From a virus, in the IMG/VR virus record IMGVR_UViG_3300046660_000510, positions 10,927 to 74,926 of that record: 64,000 nucleotides of DNA; one strand, 5' to 3'. Both the position numbers and the translations under genes were made by a program. Positions 17,811-26,539 of this stretch are shown piece after piece; the first letter of the stretch is position 1; every line of letters starts with the position of its first letter. Below the pieces are notes generated by a model. That model was given only the letters and a program-made list of their open reading frames with translations. It was not told where the DNA came from and did not search any database.

Positions 17811-18448
17811 GGCTCGGGGTGCTCCTTCGGGGTCTCGTCATCGGCGGGGCGTGCGGCGGGGAGGTCGGCCTGCTTGAGGGGCTGGGTTTCGGCGGTGGCG
17901 GTCCTGGCGCGGGTGAGGCCGTCACCGAGGGCACGCACGGACGGATTCGGGGTGGGGTCGCCGGGGGCTTTGTCGGTGCGCTGGTCGCACTGGATGGTGA
18001 GGATCCGGGCGCGGTGGAGGTCTTGGGCGGTGTGGATGGTGTAGGCGTGTACGGCGCCGTGGGGGCAGCGGATTGCTGCGTGGAAGGTGGGGGTGCGGTC
18101 GGTGGTGGCGTGGGGCGGGGTGTGGGTGAGGACGGTGCCGTCGGCCAGTTGGGCGTGGGGGCCGGTCCAGGCGGAGACGGGGACGGGGAGGCGGGCGGCG
18201 GCGGAGGCGAGGGCGGCGCGTATGGCGGCTTGCTCGGTGACGCCCATGGGGCCGACGAACACCTTCCGGCGGACGGGGAGCGGGCGGCGGAAGTCGACGA
18301 CGGTGCCGTTGTTGACCGGGGCGGTCTTCGGGAGGGCCTTTTTAGCGGCCGGCTTGCGGGCCGGGCTGGCCGTCTTCTTCGCGGGCGGCTTTGCTGCGGT
18401 CTTCTTCGCCGGGGTGGTCTTGCGGGCGCTGTTGGTTCTGGCGGCCAT
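17807..18448 (-). CDS. hypothetical protein with histone H1-like PAKK N-terminus
   Basis: TPAKKTAAKPPAKKTASPARKPAAKK; GGAGG RBS. Confidence 0.7.
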   Translation of the reverse strand: MAARTNSARKTTPAKKTAAKPPAKKTASPARKPAAKKALPKTAPVNNGTVVDFRRPLPVRRKVFVGPMGVTEQAAIRAALASAAARLPVPVSAWTGPHAQLADGTVLTHTPPHATTDRTPTFHAAIRCPHGAVHAYTIHTAQDLHRARILTIQCDQRTDKAPGDPTPNPSVRALGDGLTRARTATAETQPLKQADLPAARPADDETPKEHPEP

Positions 18449-18562
18449 GTCCGGCCTCCGTCCTGTGCAGGGTTCTGGTGGTGCTCCGGGTCTGGTGCTG
18501 GTGGAGGGTGATGAGGAGTGCGCTGGTGGCGCTGAGGGCTGCGGCGATCCAGTCGGGCCAGG

Positions 18563-19243
18563 TCACGGCAGGGTGGGCGGGTAGTAGGCCCGGTTGGTGA
18601 TGAGGTGGCGGAACGCGGTGGCCTCGAAGGACGAGTAGCGGCGGGTGCTGAGGGACCGGTAGGTGTTGACGTCGCACATCAGGGGCTTGCGGCCGTACCG
18701 GTCCGTGGGGCACGTGTTGGGGTGGGCGAGGCCGACGGCGTGCGCGCTTTCGTGCCAGATGACGTTCATGCGGACGCCTTCGTGGAAGCGTCGTCCGGGC
18801 GCCCAGTAGTCGCTGTTGATGTAGACCGTGGCGCTGTATGGGGCGCTCTTGTAGGAGCAGGGGGCGGTGAAGGACCGGTTGGGGTAGGCCGGGTCGGGCT
18901 TGCTCATGTACCGGTAGGAGATGACGTGGCTGGTGACGCATTTGCCGCGGGTGATGGGCACGATCTTCGTGGTGACGGTGAACTTGACGCCCAGGTACGA
19001 GGTGAGCTCCGCGGCCGTGTTCTTCAGGTACGGCGTCAACTTGGCGCGGCTGGTGGTGTCGTGGAATGCGATCTGCCACGGCTGGGTGTCGATGTGGGTG
19101 ATGGCCGGCGCGTTGAGCTTCCAGCCGTTTCCGGAGACGACCGGGCCGACGGTGGCACTGTGGGCGCGGCTGGGGGTGGCGACGACGACGGCCGCCGCGG
19201 TGAGGGTGAGGGCGAACGAGGCGGCGGCTATTCGGATTCTCAT
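18563..19243 (-). CDS. secreted metzincin-type zinc metalloprotease
   Basis: signal peptide MRIRIAAASFALTLTAAAVVVA; HESAHAVGLAH (HExxHxxGxxH) and PLMC Met-turn. Confidence 0.8.
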   Translation of the reverse strand: MRIRIAAASFALTLTAAAVVVATPSRAHSATVGPVVSGNGWKLNAPAITHIDTQPWQIAFHDTTSRAKLTPYLKNTAAELTSYLGVKFTVTTKIVPITRGKCVTSHVISYRYMSKPDPAYPNRSFTAPCSYKSAPYSATVYINSDYWAPGRRFHEGVRMNVIWHESAHAVGLAHPNTCPTDRYGRKPLMCDVNTYRSLSTRRYSSFEATAFRHLITNRAYYPPTLP

Positions 19244-19518
19244 ACGACGCTCCTGTGGCGGCGGGTGATGGCCGACGCGAAGCCGGCCAGTTCCTTCTTG
19301 ATGGCGGCGAGCTCGGTCGTGGCCTGGTCGATCTGCTGCTGGATTTCGCTGCGGGGTGCCCATCCGGCGGCGCGCAGGGCGGCCACGTAGCGGCTGCGGC
19401 ACTGCTCGCAGCCTGGGCAGGTGCGGTCTCCGGGCTGGTTGCCGCAGACTCCGCACTGGGCGCCTTCGTTGCTGAGGATCTGGATGGCCTGGTCGTCGAG
19501 GGGGTTGGGCTGTGTCAT
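19240..19518 (-). CDS. small Zn-finger protein
   Basis: CGVC...CPGCEQC. Confidence 0.65.
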   Translation of the reverse strand: MTQPNPLDDQAIQILSNEGAQCGVCGNQPGDRTCPGCEQCRSRYVAALRAAGWAPRSEIQQQIDQATTELAAIKKELAGFASAITRRHRSVV

Positions 19519-19757
19519 CGGCTGGCCTCGCTGTCCTGTGGCTGGTTGAGGGCGGCGTTGCGGGCGATCTCGTCGAGGTAGCCGTCGGCGTATCCCTGGG
19601 CCCACAGCGGGTCGTACTCGTCGGCCATGGCGGCGCGGGCGATGGCGCGGCGGGCGGGGAGCTTGGAGATGGCGGCAATTTCGCCGTCGCTGTAGCCGGC
19701 GTTGTACGGGTTGTCGCCGGGCTCGGTGGTGGCCGAGGAGAAGGTCATGGTCGTCAT
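19515..19757 (-). CDS. hypothetical protein
   Basis: coupled ORF. Confidence 0.65.
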   Translation of the reverse strand: MTTMTFSSATTEPGDNPYNAGYSDGEIAAISKLPARRAIARAAMADEYDPLWAQGYADGYLDEIARNAALNQPQDSEASR

Positions 19758-19779
19758 GGGGTGGGGTTCCGTTTCGGTG

Positions 19780-20097
19780 TCAGGCGACGGTGGGGGCGAT
19801 GTCGGCGTCGATCTGGTCGGTGTCCAGGGCGAGGGCGTGGACCTGGATGGGCACGGGGTAGACGGAGCCCAGTGCGGCGTGGAGGGTCCACAGGACGACT
19901 CCGGTGCCGGCGGGCTGCTGGGTGATTCGGCAGCCGATGGGCATGAACCAGCGGGCCCACTGCTCGAGTTCGGCCAGGTCCGCGGTGAAGACGTGGGCGG
20001 TTCCGTTGTGGCCGGTGATCCGTCCGTGCGGGAGACCGTTCAGGTCGGCGGCTACTTCGGCCTTGTCGGCCAGGGTCAGGCTGCGGGTGGGCTGCAT
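19780..20097 (-). CDS. hypothetical protein
   Basis: GGGGAG RBS. Confidence 0.65.
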   Translation of the reverse strand: MQPTRSLTLADKAEVAADLNGLPHGRITGHNGTAHVFTADLAELEQWARWFMPIGCRITQQPAGTGVVLWTLHAALGSVYPVPIQVHALALDTDQIDADIAPTVA

Positions 20098-20142
20098 GGG
20101 GTCTCCCCTGGTGGTGTTCGGCCGGGGCGCGCAGAGCGCGGG

Positions 20143-20511
20143 TCATGCGCGGCCCGGCCTGTCTGTGGGTTTGGCGGGGGGGGGGGCGGGGTGCCGGTCG
20201 GCGCAGGTGGGGCACTGGCGGATCGGCAGGTTGAACCCGGCGGACTCTTCGATGGTTCGGGCGTCCGGGTCGGCGTTGTCGAAGATGGCGGGGCAGACGC
20301 AGGTGCAGGAGCACTTGAGGACTTCGCCGCCGCGCTCGATGTGGATGCCGGCGAGGAAGGCCGCGGCGAGCATCAGGGAGTTGTACTGGCCTGCGCTGGT
20401 GGTGTCGTCGGCGAGGTCCATAACCAGGTCGAACTGGGTTTGCTGGGTGGCGGTGAGGTCGCGGTAGTCGACGCTGGTGGGCTGCGTGCGGGCGTGCGTC
20501 ATCACGGCCAT
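20143..20511 (-). CDS. Cys-rich hypothetical protein
   Basis: CSCTCVCP...CPTC; first gene after promoter at ~20580-20609. Confidence 0.65.
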   Translation of the reverse strand: MAVMTHARTQPTSVDYRDLTATQQTQFDLVMDLADDTTSAGQYNSLMLAAAFLAGIHIERGGEVLKCSCTCVCPAIFDNADPDARTIEESAGFNLPIRQCPTCADRHPAPPPAKPTDRPGRA

Positions 20512-20578
20512 GGCGGGCTCCGGGAAGTCAGGAAGGGTGCACGGTGCGCCGGTTGGGGCGTTGTGTGCTGTGTGACCA

Positions 20579-20609
20579 CCATACCCATTCATCTATTGCG
20601 CGCGCAATA
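20579..20609 (-). promoter_or_regulatory. promoter with palindromic operator (TTGCGC-18-TATGGT)
   Basis: perfect TATTGCGCGCGCAATA at 20594-20609. Confidence 0.8.
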
Positions 20610-20631
20610 CAAGAGCGGGTGCGGGCATGAG

Positions 20632-20665
20632 AAAACCCCCGCCCCGGGTTCTCGGGCAGGGGTTC
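20632..20665 (-). terminator. intrinsic terminator
   Basis: GC hairpin followed by TTTT on minus strand. Confidence 0.6.
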
Positions 20666-20685
20666 AGCTCACAGGGGGTGGACGC

Positions 20686-20916
20686 TCAGGCGTCGCGGGA
20701 TCTGACGACCTCGGCGTGCACCTCGAGGAGATCGGAGTACGACACATAGTCGGTGCCCGCGACGCGCTCGACGGCGCATCCCTTGGCGCGCGCCCGGCGG
20801 ATCAGCGTGTTCTTGGACACGGGGTGTCCGGTCTCCCGGAAGATTTCGACGGCCTCTTTGAAAGTGACCGGGTCGGGGATGCTGGCGGGGATCGGCGAGA
20901 AGGACGTGGCGGCCAT
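20686..20916 (-). CDS. small wHTH (Xis/MerR-like) DNA-binding protein
   Basis: VTFKEAVEIF...VSKNTLIRRAR...YVSYSDLL; GGAGG RBS. Confidence 0.7.
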   Translation of the reverse strand: MAATSFSPIPASIPDPVTFKEAVEIFRETGHPVSKNTLIRRARAKGCAVERVAGTDYVSYSDLLEVHAEVVRSRDA

Positions 20917-21048
20917 CGGGAAGCCTCCCATGATCGACGGCCACAGTTCGCAGCTCCGGCGGCCGATGACGGGTGGATTCGGGGAATCCGGTTGTGATCA
21001 ACGTGTGTTCAATTGCGGGTGTTTCTAAGTAGACCGCTGTATGGCCGT

Positions 21049-21585
21049 TCAGGTTGCACGGCGCACGGAACTTTTCTGAGAGGTGACGGCTTGCGTGGCC
21101 AGGCGGGCGAGTGTCCAGGTCCGGCCCATTCCATGCCGGTCGAGGCACTTGCGGTTCCAGCAGTCGGCCCGGCTGGTGTTCCGGTTCCAGTGCAGGCCCC
21201 ATGTCCGGCAGGCCGGGCAGAGGTGGGTGCGGATCACACGGTCCTCACCGAGCCTGATCTTGTGCTCGAGGCGCTGACGCTCGATCACGATGTCACGGCG
21301 GAGCTGGACTTCGGGGGCCGCGTCCGCGGTGCTGTCGATCCACCATTCGTAGATGCCGGCGACGCGCGGCGGTAGCGGCTTGACCGGGCCGGGTGCGGCG
21401 GCGCGGACGTGGTCGACGGCCTCCTGCACGGTCTCGCTGATGTGGTCGACGATGCCGATGTTCAGCGGGGTGCCGGGGGTGGTGCTGGCGGGGCGGCGTG
21501 TGGAGGGTCCGGTGACGGCGGGGGTGCGGAAGTGCGTGTCCAGCAGGTGGAGGCTGGCTGCTGCATCGTCACTGTCACGGCCCAT
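21049..21585 (-). CDS. hypothetical protein with C-terminal Zn ribbon
   Basis: CPACRTWGL...CWNRKC. Confidence 0.7.
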   Translation of the reverse strand: MGRDSDDAAASLHLLDTHFRTPAVTGPSTRRPASTTPGTPLNIGIVDHISETVQEAVDHVRAAAPGPVKPLPPRVAGIYEWWIDSTADAAPEVQLRRDIVIERQRLEHKIRLGEDRVIRTHLCPACRTWGLHWNRNTSRADCWNRKCLDRHGMGRTWTLARLATQAVTSQKSSVRRAT

Positions 21586-21817
21586 GGTGTCCCCTGCCCC
21601 TCAGCGGCCGCCGGGGGCGCGGGACGTCCATGCTGGTGCTGGGGCGCGCGCCGGTGGCCGGAAAGTGTGATTCCGGTGGGTATCCGGACGCCCCACTATG
21701 GCACGTGAGCTACGGGAGGTGAACGTTCCGTAAGAAAGGATCAATGCCTGGGGCACGGGAGTTACCGGTCGGTGACCTTTGTGAAGATGAAACAACCCCC
21801 GGCATATTCAGGCAAAT

Positions 21818-22171
21818 TCACAGGAGTTCGGGGGCCGTCCTCAACCCGTCGATCATGGCGTGAAGTTCCATCCCCGTCTCCTCGTCCACCACTCCGTTCA
21901 CCCGGGCGCCCCCGAACAATTCGGCGACCAGGCCCAGCGTGATCAGATACGCCTCGCGTGTATCCGGATCGGTCAGGGTGCGGTCGCACCCCAGGAATGC
22001 CGCCTCCACCCGGTCGGCGAGGCGCTGGTGCAGTGACGAGTCACCAGGGTCCTGCTCCACGGGTTCCTCCCTGCGGCGCTTGGTCAGGCGCACGGAAGGG
22101 CGGTGCGGGAATCGGAGGACAGTGGCGCGGCCACCGTCCGGCCCGGGGTGGGCAGACTCTGCTACGGACAT
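21818..22171 (-). CDS. hypothetical protein
   Basis: GGAG RBS, plausible composition. Confidence 0.55.
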   Translation of the reverse strand: MSVAESAHPGPDGGRATVLRFPHRPSVRLTKRRREEPVEQDPGDSSLHQRLADRVEAAFLGCDRTLTDPDTREAYLITLGLVAELFGGARVNGVVDEETGMELHAMIDGLRTAPELL

Positions 22172-22795
22172 CGGGGCGTCTCCGCTCCTCCGGCAGAAAG
22201 GGAAGGGTCCTCGTACGCCCGGCCGGTGTCGGCGTTCCGCCCGGGCCCCCCGCGCGTCCGGCTGCCAGTCCAGATGCGTGGACTTGTCACTGTGGCATCG
22301 ATACCAGGCGGTCGGTAAGGCACTGCCGAGTATTGACGGCCTACTGACATTTATTCGATACGGTTTTGCCCAGAGGGTGACTGAGAGACTACATCCGGGT
22401 ACGGAATGCGTCCCTGTGCGGCCAGATGGTTCAGCCGCATCGAGGAGCTTCGGAGAGCCTGGCGGGCATGCCCGTTCGGTGACGGCAGTCTAATCCGGGA
22501 ACTCCCCATGCAGGTAGACGCGTTCCCCTACTTCTCTACGGGCCCGCGATGTGGGTGGCGGTTGAGCGCGGCCAGGGGAGCCTGCGGAGGGCTGCGAACC
22601 GCTGTCCCGGAGGGCTGCGAACCACGCGAAGGCCCCCCGGCCGTGCGGCCGCCGGCCTGGGGGACCGGCAACACCGCTACCCAAGGCGCATATATGCGTG
22701 CGGGGAAGAGGCCCGCACAGAGATCACCCAGGTGAGTGATGGAGAAACCGCGCCATCCCGCACGCATTCGACCGATTCTGATCGGTGCACGACGT

Positions 22796-22835
22796 GGCCC
22801 CGTTCCCCCACCGCGCGGGCGGGAGGAACGGGGCC
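22796..22835 (-). terminator. stem-loop downstream of parB
   Basis: GGCCCCGTTCC...GGAACGGGGCC. Confidence 0.55.
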
Positions 22836-22846
22836 TCGGTCCTCGG

Positions 22847-24001
22847 TCAGCCGGACACGGACGAGGACACCTCGAGGCCGTTCTCCACGGCGTACTCGTT
22901 CAGTACGCGCAGCGTCTTGACCAGCTCGCCCGTGGGCATCTTCCGGATGAGGTGCTGGCCGATGAAGTTCCCGTCGTCGTACGGCAAGGTACGCCCGCTG
23001 GGCAATGGCGCCTCGATTCCCTGCTCGGTGTGGCGAGGCTCGGGAATGACCTCCACTGCTGGCGAATCCGTTACGGGCTCCGTACGTGCGGGCGGGACCG
23101 GTTCGGGGACGCTGACGGACTGCCGCGCAGCGGTACGCGGCTCGGGGGGTTTTACGGCCGTAAAACTCTCCGGCCGGGTCTGGGCCGGTGCCGCCCTCGC
23201 GGCAGACGCGGCAACCGGGATCGGCTCGGCAGGAAGTGTCACGGGAGCGGCAGGCGTCGGGGGTGCCTGCTTGGCTTCCCTCCGGGCGGCCGTACGGGCG
23301 GCGGCGGCCGCGGCCTTGCGCCCCTGCTCCTCTTCCCACCACTGCAACTGCTCCTGGACGCCCCAGGCCTTGTCACGGGCCAGCTTCCCAAGGGACCTGG
23401 CCGACTCGAGGGGAAGAGCCTTCTTGCGGACCAGGTGCTGAACATCGGGCGCCAGGTGCGTCAGGAGGATGCGCTGGGTGACCCAGCCGTCGACGCGTTC
23501 GAAGTGCTGGGCGACCGCCCGGTTGGAGCCGAACTCGGCGACCAGGGCCTGTACGGCGTAGGCCTCTTCGATGGGGTCGAAGTTCTGCCGGTCGACGTTC
23601 TCGGAGACGACCGCTTCCATGAACGCCTTGCGGCTGACCGCGAAGTCGTCGTCGATCACGCAGTTGAGCATTGGGAGACCGACGACTGTGGCAGCACGGT
23701 AGCGGCGCTCGCCGCTGACGATGACGACGTCCACGTCACCGACGCGGTCCTCGTGATCGGGCCACAGTTTCAGGTACGCGGCCCGGGTGACGACGGGGCA
23801 GGGCTGGTTCTGGCGCCGTGCCAGGCTCTTACCGAAGTCGATCAGGTCGTCCTCGGTGCCGAAGTCCTTTCGCGGGTTGACCTGGTTCGGTGAGATCCGG
23901 GAGAGGGGAACCCGCAGCAGCCGGCCCGCAGCCTTCGTGTCGAGACGAGCGGCGTCCTCGTCGTCGTCGAAGAAGTCATCGAACTCGTTCCGGGAAGCCA
24001 C
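22847..24001 (-). CDS. parB: ParB/RepB/Spo0J partition protein
   Basis: VPLSRISPNQVNPRKDF; SGERRYRAA CTP-binding motif; ENVDRQNFDPIEEA. Confidence 0.95.
   Translation of the reverse strand: MASRNEFDDFFDDDEDAARLDTKAAGRLLRVPLSRISPNQVNPRKDFGTEDDLIDFGKSLARRQNQPCPVVTRAAYLKLWPDHEDRVGDVDVVIVSGERRYRAATVVGLPMLNCVIDDDFAVSRKAFMEAVVSENVDRQNFDPIEEAYAVQALVAEFGSNRAVAQHFERVDGWVTQRILLTHLAPDVQHLVRKKALPLESARSLGKLARDKAWGVQEQLQWWEEEQGRKAAAAAARTAARREAKQAPPTPAAPVTLPAEPIPVAASAARAAPAQTRPESFTAVKPPEPRTAARQSVSVPEPVPPARTEPVTDSPAVEVIPEPRHTEQGIEAPLPSGRTLPYDDGNFIGQHLIRKMPTGELVKTLRVLNEYAVENGLEVSSSVSG
23149..23166. promoter_or_regulatory. parS candidate GTTTTACGGCCGTAAAAC
   Basis: perfect 18-bp palindrome inside parB. Confidence 0.75.
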
Positions 24002-24735
24002 TACTTGCCCCCCGCGTACCGCTGGCGGCGCAGCTGGTGCTCGAGGGCCAGGGCGAGGAAGTCCTGCTTGGCTTTCGTGGCGGTGTGGTTGCTCTCGTAC
24101 TGCGTGCAGAAGCGTCCGTCAGTGATGCCGCGGGCGTGCAGTTTGTAGCGGCGGATGGTGGAGCTGTAGAGCGACCATCCGCGCTTGGTCACCATGCTGC
24201 GGGTTCGCTCGAGGTCCGCTTTGCTGTCGCGGGGGTCCCAGTTGGAGAGGACGACTCCGTAGGGGAGCTGGCGAGGGATGACGACCTGCTCGATGGTCGT
24301 CTTGGTGGGGGTGAACCCGGGGCCGTCTGTTTCGAGGGGGACGATGACGTCGTCGGCGACATCGAGGATGGCGCGCAGGGAGTCACCAACGGTTCCGTCG
24401 CCGAGTGGGTCGATGGAGTCGGCTACCCCGTTGAGGGGGAGGAAGCCGGGGGTGTCGACGATGATGATGTCGGCTTTGGCGCGGCGCAGGCGGCGCAGGT
24501 TGTCCACGTTGGAGCTGGCGTCGACCACGCGGAAGGGGACGGGGCGGCCGGCCTTTTCGACCCTGGTCGCCCATTCGATGCTGGTTCCCTGGGGGTCTAT
24601 CGAGACGACGGCGACGGACTGGTCGCCGTTGCCGTTGTTGCCGAGGATCTCTGAGTAGACGGCGGCGAGGTTGACCGTGATGGTCGATTTCCCAATGCCG
24701 CCCTTCTGGTTCAAGAGCACGGTGATGTAGGGCAT
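24001..24735 (-). CDS. parA: ParA partition ATPase
   Basis: deviant Walker A NQKGGIGKST; IDPQG; VDTPG. Confidence 0.95.
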   Translation of the reverse strand: MPYITVLLNQKGGIGKSTITVNLAAVYSEILGNNGNGDQSVAVVSIDPQGTSIEWATRVEKAGRPVPFRVVDASSNVDNLRRLRRAKADIIIVDTPGFLPLNGVADSIDPLGDGTVGDSLRAILDVADDVIVPLETDGPGFTPTKTTIEQVVIPRQLPYGVVLSNWDPRDSKADLERTRSMVTKRGWSLYSSTIRRYKLHARGITDGRFCTQYESNHTATKAKQDFLALALEHQLRRQRYAGGK

Positions 24736-24834
24736 GTTCTGTTCTCCGAGTGCTTCCCGATGTTCCGGTACTTCGGACGGGGAGCATCCTCTCAGACGCG
24801 CCAGCGGGTTCTGGAGAGGCGTGCGGAGTCCGGG

Positions 24835-24856
24835 GAGTTTTACGGCCGTAAAACTC
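24835..24856. promoter_or_regulatory. parS candidate GAGTTTTACGGCCGTAAAACTC
   Basis: perfect 22-bp palindrome upstream of parA, same core as 23149. Confidence 0.8.
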
Positions 24857-24862
24857 GAGCGG

Positions 24863-25012
24863 CTACGCCTCGTCCTCGTCGTCCTCGTCGAGCAGGGCGA
24901 GGCCTTCGGGGTATACCGGCTCCTGGAACAGCTGGTGGCGCTCCCATGCGAGCGCGGGCCGGGTCTGCCGGAGCGAGGCGGTGGCTTGGGTCTTGGTGGC
25001 GGTCTGTGGCAT
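24863..25012 (-). CDS. 49-aa acidic-tail peptide
   Basis: MPQTATKTQ...LLDEDDEDEA; GAGGAG RBS; not in track. Confidence 0.55.
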   Translation of the reverse strand: MPQTATKTQATASLRQTRPALAWERHQLFQEPVYPEGLALLDEDDEDEA

Positions 25013-25022
25013 CGGGGGCTCC

Positions 25023-25163
25023 TCAGGCGGTGATGAGGTGTTGGGCGCGGGCGTAGTCGTCCAGCCAGGCCCGTTCCTCGCGCTCCTCCTGCCGGTGCCA
25101 CTCGGGCGTGAACTCGGCGGGCGTCTCGGTGTCTTCGAGCGCGCGGGTCAGGGTCTCCAGCAT
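25023..25163 (-). CDS. 46-aa hypothetical protein
   Basis: MLETLTRALED...; GGAG RBS. Confidence 0.55.
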   Translation of the reverse strand: MLETLTRALEDTETPAEFTPEWHRQEEREERAWLDDYARAQHLITA

Positions 25164-25231
25164 GGTCGGCTCCGTTCGTGCGGGGTGATCGCGAACAGGC
25201 TGCCGCAGATCTTGCGGGGTGTTCCCTCCGC

Positions 25232-26017
25232 TCATGCGACGTCGAAGGCGCGGCGCACCGGTGCCGCGTCGCCACCGCCGCGCTTCCGGGCGATCGCAGC
25301 CCGGCGGATCTGTTCGGCCCGGTCCACCGCGGGCGCCGTGAGGCGCTCGAGCTCGGCGACGGCGTCCGTGAACGCGGTCTCCGGCTCCCGATTGGCGGGG
25401 TGGGCCAGGACCTGGTTCTGTCGCTCGATGGCGTCGACGACGTGCGGATCGGTGGGCTCCCGGCTGGCCTTGGCGGCCTGGTGGGCCTCGAAGGTGCGGC
25501 GGAAGCCGGCGCTGGCGGTCTCCCTGGTGCGGACGGGCGCGGGCTCCGGAGCGGGTTCCTCTGCGGCAGGGGGCGGCGCAGCGGTGGCTCCGGCGGCCAG
25601 GACTCGAATCTTGCGGACCGCGGGCCGGCCCAGCCGGTCGTTGAGGTGCTTGGCCAGCTGCCGCTCGAAGAGACGGATCTGCGTGGCGTATGCCGGACTC
25701 GAGGGCCGCAGGGTGAGTAGACCGTGTTCGGCGTCGTAGCTGACGGGCTGCACGGTGGTGGCGAGTTCGGTGGGGCAGATCTGCGTCCACTGGTCGATGA
25801 GTTCGCCGCCGCCGATGCTCTCCTTCCAGCCTTGTTCGGCGGTGAGGCGTTCGAGGATGCCGCCCAGCCCCATGGGGTCGCGGCCGCCGGTGCGGCTGTC
25901 TCGGACAGTGCGGCGGGTTTTGCGGACGGGTCCGGCCGGGCGGGTCTTCGCGGCCGCGCGGGCGGCGGCGAGGACCTGGCGGGCGAGGTCGGCACCGGAA
26001 GCGGTGGGCTCAGCCAT
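25232..26017 (-). CDS. DciA / DUF721 family helicase-loader homolog
   Basis: DLARQVLAAAR...RDPMGLG..L..L..EQGW...WTQI...GLLTLRPSSPAYATQIRL...LNDRLG. Confidence 0.85.
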   Translation of the reverse strand: MAEPTASGADLARQVLAAARAAAKTRPAGPVRKTRRTVRDSRTGGRDPMGLGGILERLTAEQGWKESIGGGELIDQWTQICPTELATTVQPVSYDAEHGLLTLRPSSPAYATQIRLFERQLAKHLNDRLGRPAVRKIRVLAAGATAAPPPAAEEPAPEPAPVRTRETASAGFRRTFEAHQAAKASREPTDPHVVDAIERQNQVLAHPANREPETAFTDAVAELERLTAPAVDRAEQIRRAAIARKRGGGDAAPVRRAFDVA

Positions 26018-26528
26018 GGTGGTTCTCCACTCCGGAGTCGGGGAAGTCCCACCGGCCGCGGTCGTTCAGGTAGATCGCGCCGAGCCGGTGCGCCTCGCGG
26101 ACCGTGCCGACGCCGTCCGCAGCGTGATCGATGGGCCCCAAAGCTTCGATCTCCGCAAGCTCGCGGGCCTGCGCGTCGGTCATCGTGCCGGCGCTGGCGG
26201 CCAGGGAGGTGACGACCTGGTAGGTCATCTCCAGCAGTTCGCTGATCTGCTGCGCGGTGCACGTTGCGGGCCCGGTGAAGGGGTCGTCCATGACGAACGC
26301 GTCCTGGCGGATGCACTGCTCCAGCCGGAAGTCCGCGACCGTCAGGGGGCCCTCGTACTCGTCCTGGAGCCAGGCTGTGCCGTCCTCGCCAAACTCCTCG
26401 ATCAGGAGGTCATCAGGGCACTGCTGGTCGTAGCCGGGGTGCTTCGGGCGGGCGGCGGGCATGGGGGCCGTGAAGGGGTTGCGGCGGCTCTTGTGCTTGG
26501 CGTTGCGGCGCTTCTTCGACTTGGGCAT
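26010..26528 (-). CDS. hypothetical protein
   Basis: coupled within rep operon. Confidence 0.7.
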   Translation of the reverse strand: MPKSKKRRNAKHKSRRNPFTAPMPAARPKHPGYDQQCPDDLLIEEFGEDGTAWLQDEYEGPLTVADFRLEQCIRQDAFVMDDPFTGPATCTAQQISELLEMTYQVVTSLAASAGTMTDAQARELAEIEALGPIDHAADGVGTVREAHRLGAIYLNDRGRWDFPDSGVENHHG

Positions 26529-26539
26529 GTCGTGTCCTG

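Noticed and set aside
24736-26316. 771-aa extended ParA from the ORF track
   Set aside because: The upstream part overlaps DciA and small genes in other frames and is low-complexity; the real start is MPYITVLLNQKGG at 24735.
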